Assembly: GCA_021325135.1 (NCBI GenBank)
Contig: JAJPHT010000051.1
Coordinates: 1 to 64,000 of the forward strand
Source: Pseudomonadota bacterium
GTDB taxonomy: Archaea > Thermoplasmatota > SW-10-69-26 > JACQPN01 > JAJPHT01
Direction: 5' to 3'
DNA: 64,000 nt
In this document: in pieces, positions 47,765 to 59,229 of the stretch
Position numbering within the stretch: position 1 is the first letter of the stretch
Layout: every line of letters begins with the position of its first letter
The notes under the pieces: model-generated
Databases searched by the model: none
What the model saw: the letters and a program-made list of their open reading frames with translations, nothing else
What the model was told of the DNA's origin: nothing
Translations under genes and position numbers: made by a program

Positions 47765-49828
47765 TCAGCGGCGGCGGCGCGCGCCCAGGACGACCAGCGC
47801 GACGCCGGCCGCGCCCAGGAGCATGATGGCGTCGGGGCCGGGCGACTTCTTGGCGTCGTTCTTGGCGGCCAGGAAGACCTTGGTCTCGTCGCTGGAGGCG
47901 TTGCCGGTGGTGGCGACGGTGGTCTTCGTGCGCGCGAGGGCCATCTTGGAGGGGTCGCTCTTGGCGTGGGCGAAGACGAGGACCTCGAGGCTCTGGCCGT
48001 CCTTGAAGTCGGGCGGGATGGAGACGCCCAGCGTGACCTGCTTGGTCTCCTTGGCGGCCAGGGTGACCTCGCCGTTGGGCACGAGGTTGCCGCGCTTGGC
48101 GTCGGTGCCCGCCGTCTCCAGGACGAACGTGTCGTCGGTGAAGCCGGTGTTCTGGAGGTCGAAGGTGTAGGTGAGCAGCGTGCCGGGGCGGCCCGCCTTC
48201 TCCACGGGGCCGTCGGCCTTGAGGTCCACCGCGCTGGCGGCCTCGCTGATGCCGGTGAGGCGGTCCGCGTACTCGTTGAGCGGCAGGACCATCTTGAAGC
48301 CGTCCACCTGGAGCGTGGGCTCCTCGTTGCTGCTGATGCAGCAGAAGTAGGGCGTCGCGCCCGACTGGCTCAGGTCGATGATGAGGCCCAGGTTCTGGTG
48401 CGAGTCGAAGGGGATGTAGTCCGACTCGGGCGTCGGCGTCATCTGGAGCTTGAAGGGCGACGCCGTGTTGAGGGAGAGCGAGACGTCCTGGCTGTTGGAC
48501 TTCGCCAGCACGAGGGGCTTGGAGCCGCCGTTGTCGGTGCGCACGAGGACGAGCTTCGCGCTGACGGTGGCCGAGCCCACCGTGTGGCCCACGATGTTGC
48601 CCGCGATGGAGCCCGTGCGGGCGAGGTCCATGTCGATGCCGATCTGGAGCTGCGGGTTGAGGGGGATGTACCAGCCGTTGGCGTTGTCGGGGGTGTAGCC
48701 CATGGAGAGCTGCTGGGACGCCTCCTCCGGCTTGGGGGCCTCGGTGTTCATGACGCCCGTCGTGTAGGGGAACACCGTGCCGCTCACGCCCGAGTTGGAG
48801 AAGTCGGGGTGGATGTAGATCTCGCTGTGGTGGCCGGCGGGCTGCGGGATGGGCGTGTGGAGGATGCCCATGCGCAGCACGGCGTTGGAGTTGGGGTCGG
48901 TCTGGCTCTGCGCCGAGAGGTTGAACGCGCTGAAGCCGCCGTGGACGTGCGCGAAGGGCACGGAGGCGAGCACGCTGAACGTCTTGAGGCCGTGGCCGGG
49001 GACCTTGATGGGGGTCTCCACGGTGCCGTTCCAGCCCGCGGGCATGTCGCGCAGCGCGAGGTCCACGGTGTCCGTGGAGTCCGCGTTGTTGGAGAGCGTG
49101 ACGGTGTAGACGAAGGTGGCCGCGCCTCCGTTGGAGACGCGGATGCGGTCGGGGCTGGAGAGGGAGAGGTGGCCGTGGCTCTCGTCGCCGATCTGCACGG
49201 TGTAGCGCACGGCGTCCGCGTCGGGCATGCGGTCCTCGACGCTGCCGCAGCCGGTGCAGAAGAGGCTGTCCTGCGACTCGACGTAGATGTTGGTGAAGTT
49301 GTCCCCGCGGCTGGGCAGGCGCTTGAGGCCGTCGAGGACGTAGGCCTTCTGGATCTCGAAGGAGAGCTTGGCGTTCGCCGCGTCCTCCTTCACCACGAGG
49401 CTCGCGACGTAGGAGCCGTAGCTGGAGTAGTAGTTGCCCTTGTCGTCGCTGGAGACGGCGGTGAGGTCGCCGGCCACGTAGTGGTCGCCCGTGGGCAGGA
49501 TCTGGCGCGTCACGAACGCGGTGTAGCTCATGTTGCGGAAGTCGAAGTGGACCTGGTACTGGCTGAAGTCCACGCTGCTGGAGAAGCCCGCGACCTGGAG
49601 CGTCATGTCGTAGGCCATGTCGGTCTCCTGGAGGTCCAGCGAGAGGAGGTCCGCGCTGGCCACGGCCTGGTTGCCGACGGGGACGCCCGTGGGCGCGCCC
49701 GCGACGTTGAACGTGGTGTCGCCCGTCCCGTCCTGGAGGAAAGGCTTGGACGCGCCCGCCGCGCTGGCGGCGGGGGCCGCGAAGCTCGCGGCGAGGAGGG
49801 CCATCGTGAGGAGCCAGGCGGAGCGCAT
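47765..49828 (-). CDS. Cell-surface glycoprotein with COG1470-like Ig repeats and PGF-CTERM-like anchor
   Basis: Signal peptide; YTVTLSN/YTFDLQNTG repeats; C-terminal SPG + TM + RRRR. Confidence 0.75.
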   Translation of the reverse strand: MRSAWLLTMALLAASFAAPAASAAGASKPFLQDGTGDTTFNVAGAPTGVPVGNQAVASADLLSLDLQETDMAYDMTLQVAGFSSSVDFSQYQVHFDFRNMSYTAFVTRQILPTGDHYVAGDLTAVSSDDKGNYYSSYGSYVASLVVKEDAANAKLSFEIQKAYVLDGLKRLPSRGDNFTNIYVESQDSLFCTGCGSVEDRMPDADAVRYTVQIGDESHGHLSLSSPDRIRVSNGGAATFVYTVTLSNNADSTDTVDLALRDMPAGWNGTVETPIKVPGHGLKTFSVLASVPFAHVHGGFSAFNLSAQSQTDPNSNAVLRMGILHTPIPQPAGHHSEIYIHPDFSNSGVSGTVFPYTTGVMNTEAPKPEEASQQLSMGYTPDNANGWYIPLNPQLQIGIDMDLARTGSIAGNIVGHTVGSATVSAKLVLVRTDNGGSKPLVLAKSNSQDVSLSLNTASPFKLQMTPTPESDYIPFDSHQNLGLIIDLSQSGATPYFCCISSNEEPTLQVDGFKMVLPLNEYADRLTGISEAASAVDLKADGPVEKAGRPGTLLTYTFDLQNTGFTDDTFVLETAGTDAKRGNLVPNGEVTLAAKETKQVTLGVSIPPDFKDGQSLEVLVFAHAKSDPSKMALARTKTTVATTGNASSDETKVFLAAKNDAKKSPGPDAIMLLGAAGVALVVLGARRRR

Positions 49829-49961
49829 GGAACCAGCTTCCGTTCTCTGGCCGCGACTCGGGACCCGGTATAAAATGCATTATGTACCGAACCTTGAACG
49901 GATTGGAAGATTCCACCCCCGCCGCGGAACGCTTATGAAGGACCCGCCCGTCGGCCCCGGC

Positions 49962-51383
49962 ATGGCCGCGTGGAGCCGCGTCGGGGGCCCCCTCCTCCTC
50001 GCGCTCCTGCTTCTGGCCCCCCTGGCGGCGGCCCAGGCCCCGGGGGGCGCCCGCGTCTCCCTGGAGGCCGCGGGCGACGTGGAGAACGGCCTCTCCCAGC
50101 GAGCGGCATCCGGGGCGGGCTTCTACGACGTGTGGGTGCCCCCCGACGCGCGGCTTCACGCCGTGGAGGCCGTGACGCCCTCGGGCAACGTGAGCGCCCC
50201 CTGGCGGGCCTCCGGCGCGTCGTCGCTCCGGGTGGAGGCCCCCGCCAACGCCACCGCCGTCCAGGTCTCCTTCGACGTGCGCGTGGGGCCCCTGGCGTCG
50301 CTGGCCTACGCGGCCCCCGACTCGCCCTCCCGCGTGGATGTGGAGGTGAAGGCCCCTGAAGGGCAGGCCGTCCTGGGGTTCGCGCAGGGGCCGGACGGCC
50401 TCTGGCGGGCCAGCCTGGAGTCGCCCCGCCCAGGGGACACGCTCCAGGTGCGACTCGTGGACGCCGACCGCGTGGGCGAGCTTCCCATCCTCGCCACCGT
50501 GGCGGTGGTCGCCGGGCTCTCCTTCGCGGGCATCCTCCTCTGGCACCGCCTTCGGCCCCCCCTGGACGGGCGCCCGGCGCGGACCTTCCTGGAGCACCTG
50601 GGCGAGCTTCAGCAGCGGCTCCTCCCCCCGGTCCTCGTCTTCGCGTTCCTCAACTTCTGGTACTTCGCCTCGGGGCTGCGCCTCGTGCGCTGGCAGGGCG
50701 TGACGCTGGTGGCGCCCACCTTCAGCGTGGACGCGAGCCTCGCCTCCCGTGCGTTCGAGGCCTTCTCCGAGCGCCTCGTCCCGGCCGGCGTCCAGCTCGT
50801 GGTGCTGCGCCCCGCGGACGCGGTGCTGGCCCAGGTGCAGATGACGCTCTTCCTGGCCTTCGTGAGCGTGCTGCCCGTCCTCCTCTACGAGCTTGCGGTC
50901 TTCGTGGGGCCCGCGCTCCAGGCCCGCGAGCGGAGGATGGCGCTGCGGAGCATCCCGCTGGTCTCTGCCCTCTTCGTCGTGGGCGCCCTCTTCGGCTACC
51001 TCGTCATGGCGCCGCTCATGATCCGCACGCTCTACGGCTTCGCGCCCTCCACGGGCGCCACGGCGCTCCTGGTCATCGGGGACCTCGTGAGCTTCAGCCT
51101 CGTGGTCATCGTCGCCTTCGGCCTCGCCTTCGAGCTTCCCGTCCTCATGTACGTCACCGCGCGGCTGGGCCTCGTCCAGGCGCGCACCTACCGCCGCTAC
51201 CTGCGCCACGCCATCGTGATCATCGTCGTCGTTGCGGGCGTCGTCACGCCCGACCCCAGCGTCGTGAGCCAGCTGCTGGTGGCCGTGCCCGTGACCACCC
51301 TCTACGTGCTGGGCATGGTGGCGGCCAGCTTCGCGGAGCGCCGCCGGGCGCGGGCCGCGGACGCGCGCGCCGCCGGGGCCTAG
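49962..51383 (+). CDS. tatC: TatC with N-terminal extracellular domain
   Basis: TFLEHLGELQQRL, FVGPAL, FGLAFELP, VTPDPS; preceded by a signal peptide and ~150-aa domain. Confidence 0.9.
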   Translation: MAAWSRVGGPLLLALLLLAPLAAAQAPGGARVSLEAAGDVENGLSQRAASGAGFYDVWVPPDARLHAVEAVTPSGNVSAPWRASGASSLRVEAPANATAVQVSFDVRVGPLASLAYAAPDSPSRVDVEVKAPEGQAVLGFAQGPDGLWRASLESPRPGDTLQVRLVDADRVGELPILATVAVVAGLSFAGILLWHRLRPPLDGRPARTFLEHLGELQQRLLPPVLVFAFLNFWYFASGLRLVRWQGVTLVAPTFSVDASLASRAFEAFSERLVPAGVQLVVLRPADAVLAQVQMTLFLAFVSVLPVLLYELAVFVGPALQARERRMALRSIPLVSALFVVGALFGYLVMAPLMIRTLYGFAPSTGATALLVIGDLVSFSLVVIVAFGLAFELPVLMYVTARLGLVQARTYRRYLRHAIVIIVVVAGVVTPDPSVVSQLLVAVPVTTLYVLGMVAASFAERRRARAADARAAGA

Positions 51384-51526
51384 GCATCCAGGCATCATCC
51401 GCAGATTCATGATTGCCGCGTCTGTTAGCGCGCCGCGGCGATTCACAATTTTCCTTGCATAGGGTCATGGCGCCCCCCAGGATTGTTTCCGGCGCAGGGC
51501 CATCAAGCGCCTTGCGACGTGAGACC

Positions 51527-51940
51527 ATGACGTACTTCAAGCCCCTCTTTGCCCCCGTGCACAGCGACCGCGAGTCCGCCGGCTGCTGCTTCTACTTCGA
51601 CAACGCCGGCAACCAGGTCTACTACTACCCCAGCTCGGGCAACCCCGGCCCCGGGACCTACGCGACCGTGAACGACAAGGGCGCCTCCATCACGCTCATC
51701 TGCGGCAGCACGGGGACGTTCCTCACGCAGCCCCAGACCTTCGGCATCCCCGCCGGGACCAGTGGCGTCAACGCCGCCGTCTCCAACGACGGCTGCGGGA
51801 CCGCCGCGGTGGGCCCGAGCCTCGGCGTCTCCGCCGGCGGCGCGCAGGTGCTCCAGGTGCCGCTCCCCACCGGCGTCACGCCTGTGCAGTTCTGCGCCCG
51901 GCTCCCGACCTGCTCCGGCACTCCGGTGTGCACGGGCTGA
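51527..51940 (+). CDS. Cys/Gly/Thr-rich hypothetical protein
   Basis: 137-aa ORF with good codon bias. Confidence 0.65.
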   Translation: MTYFKPLFAPVHSDRESAGCCFYFDNAGNQVYYYPSSGNPGPGTYATVNDKGASITLICGSTGTFLTQPQTFGIPAGTSGVNAAVSNDGCGTAAVGPSLGVSAGGAQVLQVPLPTGVTPVQFCARLPTCSGTPVCTG

Positions 51941-51956
51941 GCGCGCGCTGCGGGCC

Positions 51957-52685
51957 CTAGGCGGCCTTCTCCGCGACGAAGAGGACCACGGCGCCGCGCA
52001 GGAGCGGCGTCGCCTCCACGTGCGCGAAGCCGGCCTCGCCCATGCGGCGCGCGATGACGTCGGGAGGGTCCACGCGCGCGACGGAGTCCGCGAGATAGCC
52101 ATACGCCTCCGGGTTGCCCGAGAGGCGGCGCATGACGCGGGGCATGACGCCCAGGAAGTAGAACCGGTACAGGGGCCCGAAGACGCGGCCGGGGGGACGG
52201 TTGATCTCCAGGCTCACGAGGCGCCCCCCGGGCTGGAGCGCGCGCAGCGCCTCGCGGAAGAAGGCGCCCTGGTCCGCGAGGTTGCGCAGCACGAAGGCGT
52301 TGGTGATCCCCTCGAAGGCGCCCTCCCGCGCGGGGATGGCGAGGCCCGACGCGTGGACCATGCCCATCCGGTGGGGGTCGAACGCCTTCTTGGCGCGCCC
52401 CCGGGCGAGCATGCCCCGGGCGAGGTCGAGGCCCAGCACGCGGGCGCGGGGCGCGGCGCGGGCCAGGGCGAAGGTGAGGTCCCCGGTGCCGGCGCCCACG
52501 TCCAGGAAGGGCCCGCGGCCTGCTCCCACGGCCTCCCGCGCGGCGCGGCGGCGCCAGCGCTGGTCCAGGTTCGCCGCCATGAGACGGTTCAGGAGGTCGT
52601 AGCGCGGGGCGATGCTGTCGAACATCCCCTGCACGTAGGCCTCCTTCTCCTGGGGGGAATCGAACTGGGAGACGCCCTTCGCCAC
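51957..52685 (-). CDS. menG: Demethylmenaquinone methyltransferase UbiE/MenG
   Basis: MFDSIAPRYDLLN, LDVGAGTGD, FVLRN, YGYLADS. Confidence 0.9.
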   Translation of the reverse strand: MAKGVSQFDSPQEKEAYVQGMFDSIAPRYDLLNRLMAANLDQRWRRRAAREAVGAGRGPFLDVGAGTGDLTFALARAAPRARVLGLDLARGMLARGRAKKAFDPHRMGMVHASGLAIPAREGAFEGITNAFVLRNLADQGAFFREALRALQPGGRLVSLEINRPPGRVFGPLYRFYFLGVMPRVMRRLSGNPEAYGYLADSVARVDPPDVIARRMGEAGFAHVEATPLLRGAVVLFVAEKAA

Positions 52686-52796
52686 GCGTGCGCCACCGCG
52701 GGAGCCCTTCAAATGCGTTGCCCACGGGGGCTCAGGGCGCCGCGGGGCGGGGCCGGCTCCGGCGTTCGCGCGATATCAGCGGAAAACGATCGCACC

Positions 52797-52802
52797 TTTA
52801 TA
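52797..52802 (+). promoter_or_regulatory. TATA box of the peptide ABC operon
   Basis: TTTATA preceded by purine-rich GGAAAA; 200 nt upstream of ATG 53002. Confidence 0.5.
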
Positions 52803-53001
52803 CCATGACCCTGCGCGGGGAGCGGTCAGCGCCAACTTCACACCAGAGTGAAAACTCCAGTGGAAACGCTCGGGTCGCGCCCCGCGACCGAACGAACGCC
52901 GTCAATGCGTGCGACCTAGCGAAAGAGTCAAACATGGACCCGGGCCTCTTTCGACGAAACCCTCTCCTCGTCCGCTATCGAGGCGGGTTGTGGTGGAACC
53001 G

Positions 53002-54831
53002 ATGATCAGACGAACGCTCACGATTGCGATCACCGCGGTGTTCCTGGGCATGGCCCTGGCGGGCTGCGCCACGAACAACGGCACCAACCCAGGAAACACG
53101 ACCACGACGACGACAAGCCCGACCTCCGGCGGAACCGGCGTGAAGAACCCCGACGTGTTCACCACGCTCACCATCAGCGAGGCCGAGTCCCTGGACCCGG
53201 CCTACGACTACGAGTCGGCGGGCGGCCAGATCCTCCAGAACGTCTACAACACGCTCTACTTCTACAAGGGGAGCAGCGCCACCGACCTCGTCCCCGTCCT
53301 CGCCAGCGCCATGCCCAACTTCAGCGCGGACAAGAAGGAGGTCACCATCCCCCTGCGCGCCGACGCGAAGTTCCACGACGGGAACCTCATGACGGCGGAC
53401 GACGTGGTCTTCTCCCTCAACCGCGTCATCCTCATGAACGACCCCGACGGCCCCGCGGCCATCCTCAACAGCGTCGCGGGCGCCACGGCCTACAACGGCG
53501 GCGACGGCTCCGCCGCGGCCCGCACCACCTACCTCGCGGCCGGCGGCATCACCAAGGTGGACGACCACACGGTGAAGATCAAGCTCGACTACCCCGACCC
53601 CGCCCTCCTCTACAAGCTCGCCTTCACCCTGGGCAGCGTCGTGGAGAAGAGCTACGTCTGCGCGCACAAGGGCGCGGACTTCGGCGCGGACTGCCTCCCG
53701 CCCCCGGGCAAGACCCGCGATCCCTGGATGGACGAGCACGAGATGGGCACGGGCGCCTTCATGCTGGACAGCTGGCAGAAGGGCCAGCAGCTCTCCATGA
53801 AGCGCTGGGACCAGTTCTTCGGCACCAAGGCGCTCGTGAGCCAGGTCATCGTGAAGAAGGTCGACGACGTGAACACGCGCGAGCTGGCCCTCTTCAGCGG
53901 CGACGCGGACGACGTCTACATCCCCGTGGACCACGCCGGCGACCTGCAGGGCAAGTCGGGCCTCCGCATCGTGGAGAACGACTCCTTCACGGTGGCGTTC
54001 ATCGGGTTCAACCAGCACTTCTGCGGCGACAAGAACGTCAACCTCACCGCGTACACGACGTGCATGGCGACCAACGGCGTGAACGCCCCCAAGGGCGCCA
54101 ACGGCGCGCCGGACACGGACTTCTTCGCCGACAAGAACATGCGCCTGGCGTGGATCAACGCGTTCGACTACGACCAGTACATCAACGACATCCTGGGCCA
54201 CCACGGGTCGCTCCTCAACGGCGTCATCCCCAAGGGCATGTTCGGCTACGACTCGTCCATCCCCGTGCCGCACCGCGACATGACCAAGGCGAAGGACTAC
54301 TACTCGAAGTCGAACCACAGCGACGGCTTCACGCTGACGATCTTCTACAACACGGGCAACACCGTGCGCGAGAAGACCGCCGAGCTGCTCGCGCAGAACC
54401 TCGCCGAGCTGGGCCCCAACATCCACGTGGACACCAAGGGCCTCGACTTCAGCACGGCGTTCCTCGCGGCGCAGCGCGCGAAGGCCCTCCCCGTGTTCTA
54501 CCTCGGCTGGGCGCCCGACTACGCGTTCCCCGACGACTACACGACGCCCTTCGCGGACAGCCAGGCCGGCGTGTACGCGAAGCGCGTCGGGTACGCGAAC
54601 CCCGCCATGGACGACCTGCTCCACTCGCTGCTGCGCGAGACGGACCAGACGAAGCTCCAGCAGGGCTACAGCCAGGTGACGAAGATGCTCAACGACGACG
54701 CGGCGTACATCTTCCTGGCGCAGGCGTCGGCGTACCACGTCGAGCGCGACTGGGTGCACGGGTTCTACTTCAACCCGATGCAGAACGGGGCGCCCAACGT
54801 CGGCGACTTCTCGACGGTCTCCAAGCAATAG
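53002..54831 (+). CDS. dppA: Di/oligopeptide ABC transporter substrate-binding lipoprotein
   Basis: Lipobox LAGC; SLDPA, KFHDG..TADDVVFS, GTGAF. Confidence 0.9.
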   Translation: MIRRTLTIAITAVFLGMALAGCATNNGTNPGNTTTTTTSPTSGGTGVKNPDVFTTLTISEAESLDPAYDYESAGGQILQNVYNTLYFYKGSSATDLVPVLASAMPNFSADKKEVTIPLRADAKFHDGNLMTADDVVFSLNRVILMNDPDGPAAILNSVAGATAYNGGDGSAAARTTYLAAGGITKVDDHTVKIKLDYPDPALLYKLAFTLGSVVEKSYVCAHKGADFGADCLPPPGKTRDPWMDEHEMGTGAFMLDSWQKGQQLSMKRWDQFFGTKALVSQVIVKKVDDVNTRELALFSGDADDVYIPVDHAGDLQGKSGLRIVENDSFTVAFIGFNQHFCGDKNVNLTAYTTCMATNGVNAPKGANGAPDTDFFADKNMRLAWINAFDYDQYINDILGHHGSLLNGVIPKGMFGYDSSIPVPHRDMTKAKDYYSKSNHSDGFTLTIFYNTGNTVREKTAELLAQNLAELGPNIHVDTKGLDFSTAFLAAQRAKALPVFYLGWAPDYAFPDDYTTPFADSQAGVYAKRVGYANPAMDDLLHSLLRETDQTKLQQGYSQVTKMLNDDAAYIFLAQASAYHVERDWVHGFYFNPMQNGAPNVGDFSTVSKQ

Positions 54832-54927
54832 GCCGCCATGGCGGGAGGCCTCCCGTGGGGCCTCCCGCCCTTCCCCCTGCTATCCTGTCAATACGTTCAT
54901 GGTCCGAAGCGTGAAAGGTCCCTTGGC

Positions 54928-55980
54928 ATGGCCCTCTGGCAATACGTCGCCCGGCGCCTCGTGCTCCTCGTGCCCGTCCTCCTGGGCATCAGCGTGATCA
55001 CGTTCGGCCTCGCCTGGTTCGCGACGCACGGCCATCTGGAGGTGCAATACCTCCGCCAGTCGGACCGCCTGCACGAGGACCAGGTGCAGCGCATCATCCA
55101 GCAGCACGGCTTCGACAAGCCCGCCTACGTGCAGTATTTCCTCTACCTCAAGGACGTGCTGCACGGCGACCTGGGCCTCTCCACATCGGTCAACGACCCG
55201 GTGCTGGACGTCATCAAAAGCAAGTTCCCCGCCAGCGTGGAATTGGCCCTCGTGGCCATGGTCTTCGCCGTCCTCCTGGGCATCCCGTGGGGCATCCTCT
55301 CCGCCACGCGCCGCGACAAGCCCGCCGACCACGTGACGCGCTTCCTCGCGCTCTCGGGGGTGAGCGTGCCGGTCTTCTGGCTGGCGCTCATCCTGCAGCT
55401 GTTCCTCTCGTACTACCTCTCGCAGCAGGGCTTCTCGTGGTTCCCGCTCTTCGGGCGCTACGACGCCATCCTCGCCGGCTCGCACCCCTCGCTCCTCAAC
55501 GGCCCCACGCACTTCCTCCTCGTGGACACGCTCCTCGCGGGCGACCTCGTCGCGTTCGGCGACGTCGTGCGCCACCTCGTCCTCCCCGGCTTCACGCTGG
55601 GCTTCGTCACCCTCGCCATCATCACGCGCATGATGCGCGCCTCCATGCTGGAGGTCCTGGGCCTCGACTACGTGCGCACCGCCCGAGCCAAGGGGCTGGA
55701 GGAGAAGGTCGTCGTGAACCGCCACGCGCGCCGCAACGCCCTCATCCCCACCACCACCGTCATCGGCCTCTCCCTGGGGAGCCTCATGGGCGGCGCCGTC
55801 CTCACCGAGACGATCTTCCAGTGGCCCGGCCTCGGCTACTGGGCCGCGAAGGGCATCCTCTCCGTGGACACGGCCGCCATCATGGGCTTCGTGGGCCTCA
55901 CCGCGCTCATCTACGTGCTCGCGAACCTCCTGGTGGACGTGATCTACGCCTACCTCGACCCGCGCGTGAGGCTGGACTGA
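54928..55980 (+). CDS. dppB: Peptide ABC permease
   Basis: DYVRTARAKGL, LTETIFQWPGLG, YAYLDPR. Confidence 0.95.
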   Translation: MALWQYVARRLVLLVPVLLGISVITFGLAWFATHGHLEVQYLRQSDRLHEDQVQRIIQQHGFDKPAYVQYFLYLKDVLHGDLGLSTSVNDPVLDVIKSKFPASVELALVAMVFAVLLGIPWGILSATRRDKPADHVTRFLALSGVSVPVFWLALILQLFLSYYLSQQGFSWFPLFGRYDAILAGSHPSLLNGPTHFLLVDTLLAGDLVAFGDVVRHLVLPGFTLGFVTLAIITRMMRASMLEVLGLDYVRTARAKGLEEKVVVNRHARRNALIPTTTVIGLSLGSLMGGAVLTETIFQWPGLGYWAAKGILSVDTAAIMGFVGLTALIYVLANLLVDVIYAYLDPRVRLD

Positions 55981-55981
55981 C

Positions 55982-56907
55982 ATGGTCGCCCTCACCGAGA
56001 AGGAGGTCCGCCTCACGGGCTTCCGCGCCGCCATGGCCCCGCGCCTGCGGGAGTGGAAGTACGGCCTCTACCGCCTCTGGCAGAGCAAGCTCGCCATCGT
56101 GGGGCTCGCGCTGGTCGTGCTCTACGTCGCCGTGGCCCTCTTCGCGCCGCTGATCTCCCCCAGCGAGGCGGGGTCGCTGGACGACTACCGCATGCGCCTC
56201 CACTTCTCCGAAGGGCTCCAGCCCCCCGGCTGGCACGGCAAGCCCTTCGGCACGGGGGAGAACGGCATCGACCTCTTCCACGGCGTCGTGTGGGGCACGC
56301 GCATCTCCATGGTCATGGGCCTCGCCATCACGGCGTTCGGCGCCGTCGTGGGCACGATCCTGGGCGGCCTCGCCGGCTACTTCGGCGGGAAGACCGACGA
56401 GGCCATCATGCGCTTGACCGACGTGTTCCTCGCCATGCCCATCCTCATCCTGGCCATGGCCGTGACCGTCGCCCTGGGGCCGGGCCTCTTCAACATCGGC
56501 CTCGCGCTCGCGCTCACGTGGTGGCCCAGCTACACGCGCCTCGTGCGCGGCACCGTGCTATCAATCCGGGAGAACCAGTACGTCGAGGCGGCGCGCGCCG
56601 TGGGCGCCTCCGACATGCGCATCATCCTGCGCCACATCATCCCCAACAGCCTCTCCCCCATCCTCGTGCAGGCCACGCTGGACATCGGCTCCGTGGTGCT
56701 GCTCTCCGCCGCGCTCTCCTTCATCGGCTTCGGCCCCAGCGGCAGCAACTTCTCCGAGTGGGGCAACCTCGTCTCCCGCGGCCAATCCTACATGCTGGGG
56801 CACTGGTGGGTCGTCACGATCCCCGGGCTCGCCATCTTCGGGTTCGTCCTGGCGTTCAACCTGCTTGGGGACGGCCTTCGCGACCTGCTTGATCCGAGGT
56901 TGAGGAA

Positions 56908-56911
<4 letters not shown>
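55982..56911 (+). CDS. dppC: Peptide ABC permease
   Basis: YVEAARAVGAS, HIIPN, FNLLGDGLRD. Confidence 0.95.
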
Positions 56912-58181
<1,270 letters not shown>

Positions 58182-58185
<4 letters not shown>

Positions 58186-59201
58186 GCGAAGCCCTGCTGG
58201 AGGTCGAGGACCTCAAGAAACACTTCCCCATCCGCGGCGGCTTCATCCGGCGCAACGTGAACCACGTGCGCGCCGTGGACGGCGTGTCCTTCGACATCCC
58301 GCAGGGCCAGACGTTGGGCCTCGTGGGCGAGAGCGGCTGCGGCAAGACCACCGTGGGCCGCACGCTGCTGCGCCTCACCGACCCCACCGCGGGGAGCATC
58401 CGCTTCCGCGGCCAGGAGATCGCCACCCTCTCGCGGCGCCGCATGCGCGAGCTTCGGCCCAAGATGCAGATCGTCTTCCAGGACCCGATGTCGAGCCTCA
58501 ACCCGCGCATGACGATCAAGCAGATCCTCACCGAGCCGCTGCGCCTCAACGGCGTCGGCCGCGACGCCGCGCACAAGCGCATCGTGGAGCTGCTGGAGAC
58601 GGTGGGCATGACGGCGGAGCAGGCCAACCGCTTCCCCCACGAGTTCTCCGGGGGCCAGCGCCAGCGCATCGGCGTCGCGCGCGCCCTCGCCCTCAACCCC
58701 GACTTCATCGTCCTCGACGAGCCCACGAGCGCGCTGGACGTCTCCGTGCAGGCGCAGGTGCTCAACCTCCTGAGCAGGCTCCAGAAGGAGCTGGACCTCA
58801 CCTACCTCTTCATCAGCCACGACCTCAGCGTGATCCGCCACCTCTGCGACGAGGTCGCCGTCATGTACCTGGGCCGCATCGTCGAGAAGGGCCCCGTGGA
58901 GAAGGTCTTCACCTCGCCGCAGCACCCCTACACGCAAGCGCTCCTCTCGGCCGTCCCCATCCCCGACCCCGAGACGCGCGCGAAGCGCATCATCCTCACC
59001 GGCGACGTGCCCAGCCCCGTGAACCCGCCCAAGGCCTGCCGCTTCCACCCGCGCTGCCCCCGCGCGCAGGCGATCTGCCGCGAGATCGACCCTCCCCTGG
59101 AAGCCAAGGAGGCCGGGCACCTCGCGGCGTGCCACTTCCCCGGGCCCCAGGAGAAGTGGCCCATCACGCAGACGCGCGAGGTCAAGGTGTCCGAGGGATA
59201 G
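58182..59201 (+). CDS. dppF: Peptide ABC ATP-binding protein
   Basis: [25 protein letters not shown]. Confidence 0.95.
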
Positions 59202-59229
59202 GCTTCTTGGCCACCGCCTTCGAGTTTTT

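Noticed and set aside
47139-51446. 1435-aa minus-strand ORF
   Set aside because: High-GC shadow frame overlapping real genes; only its last ~69 aa (HicB) are real.
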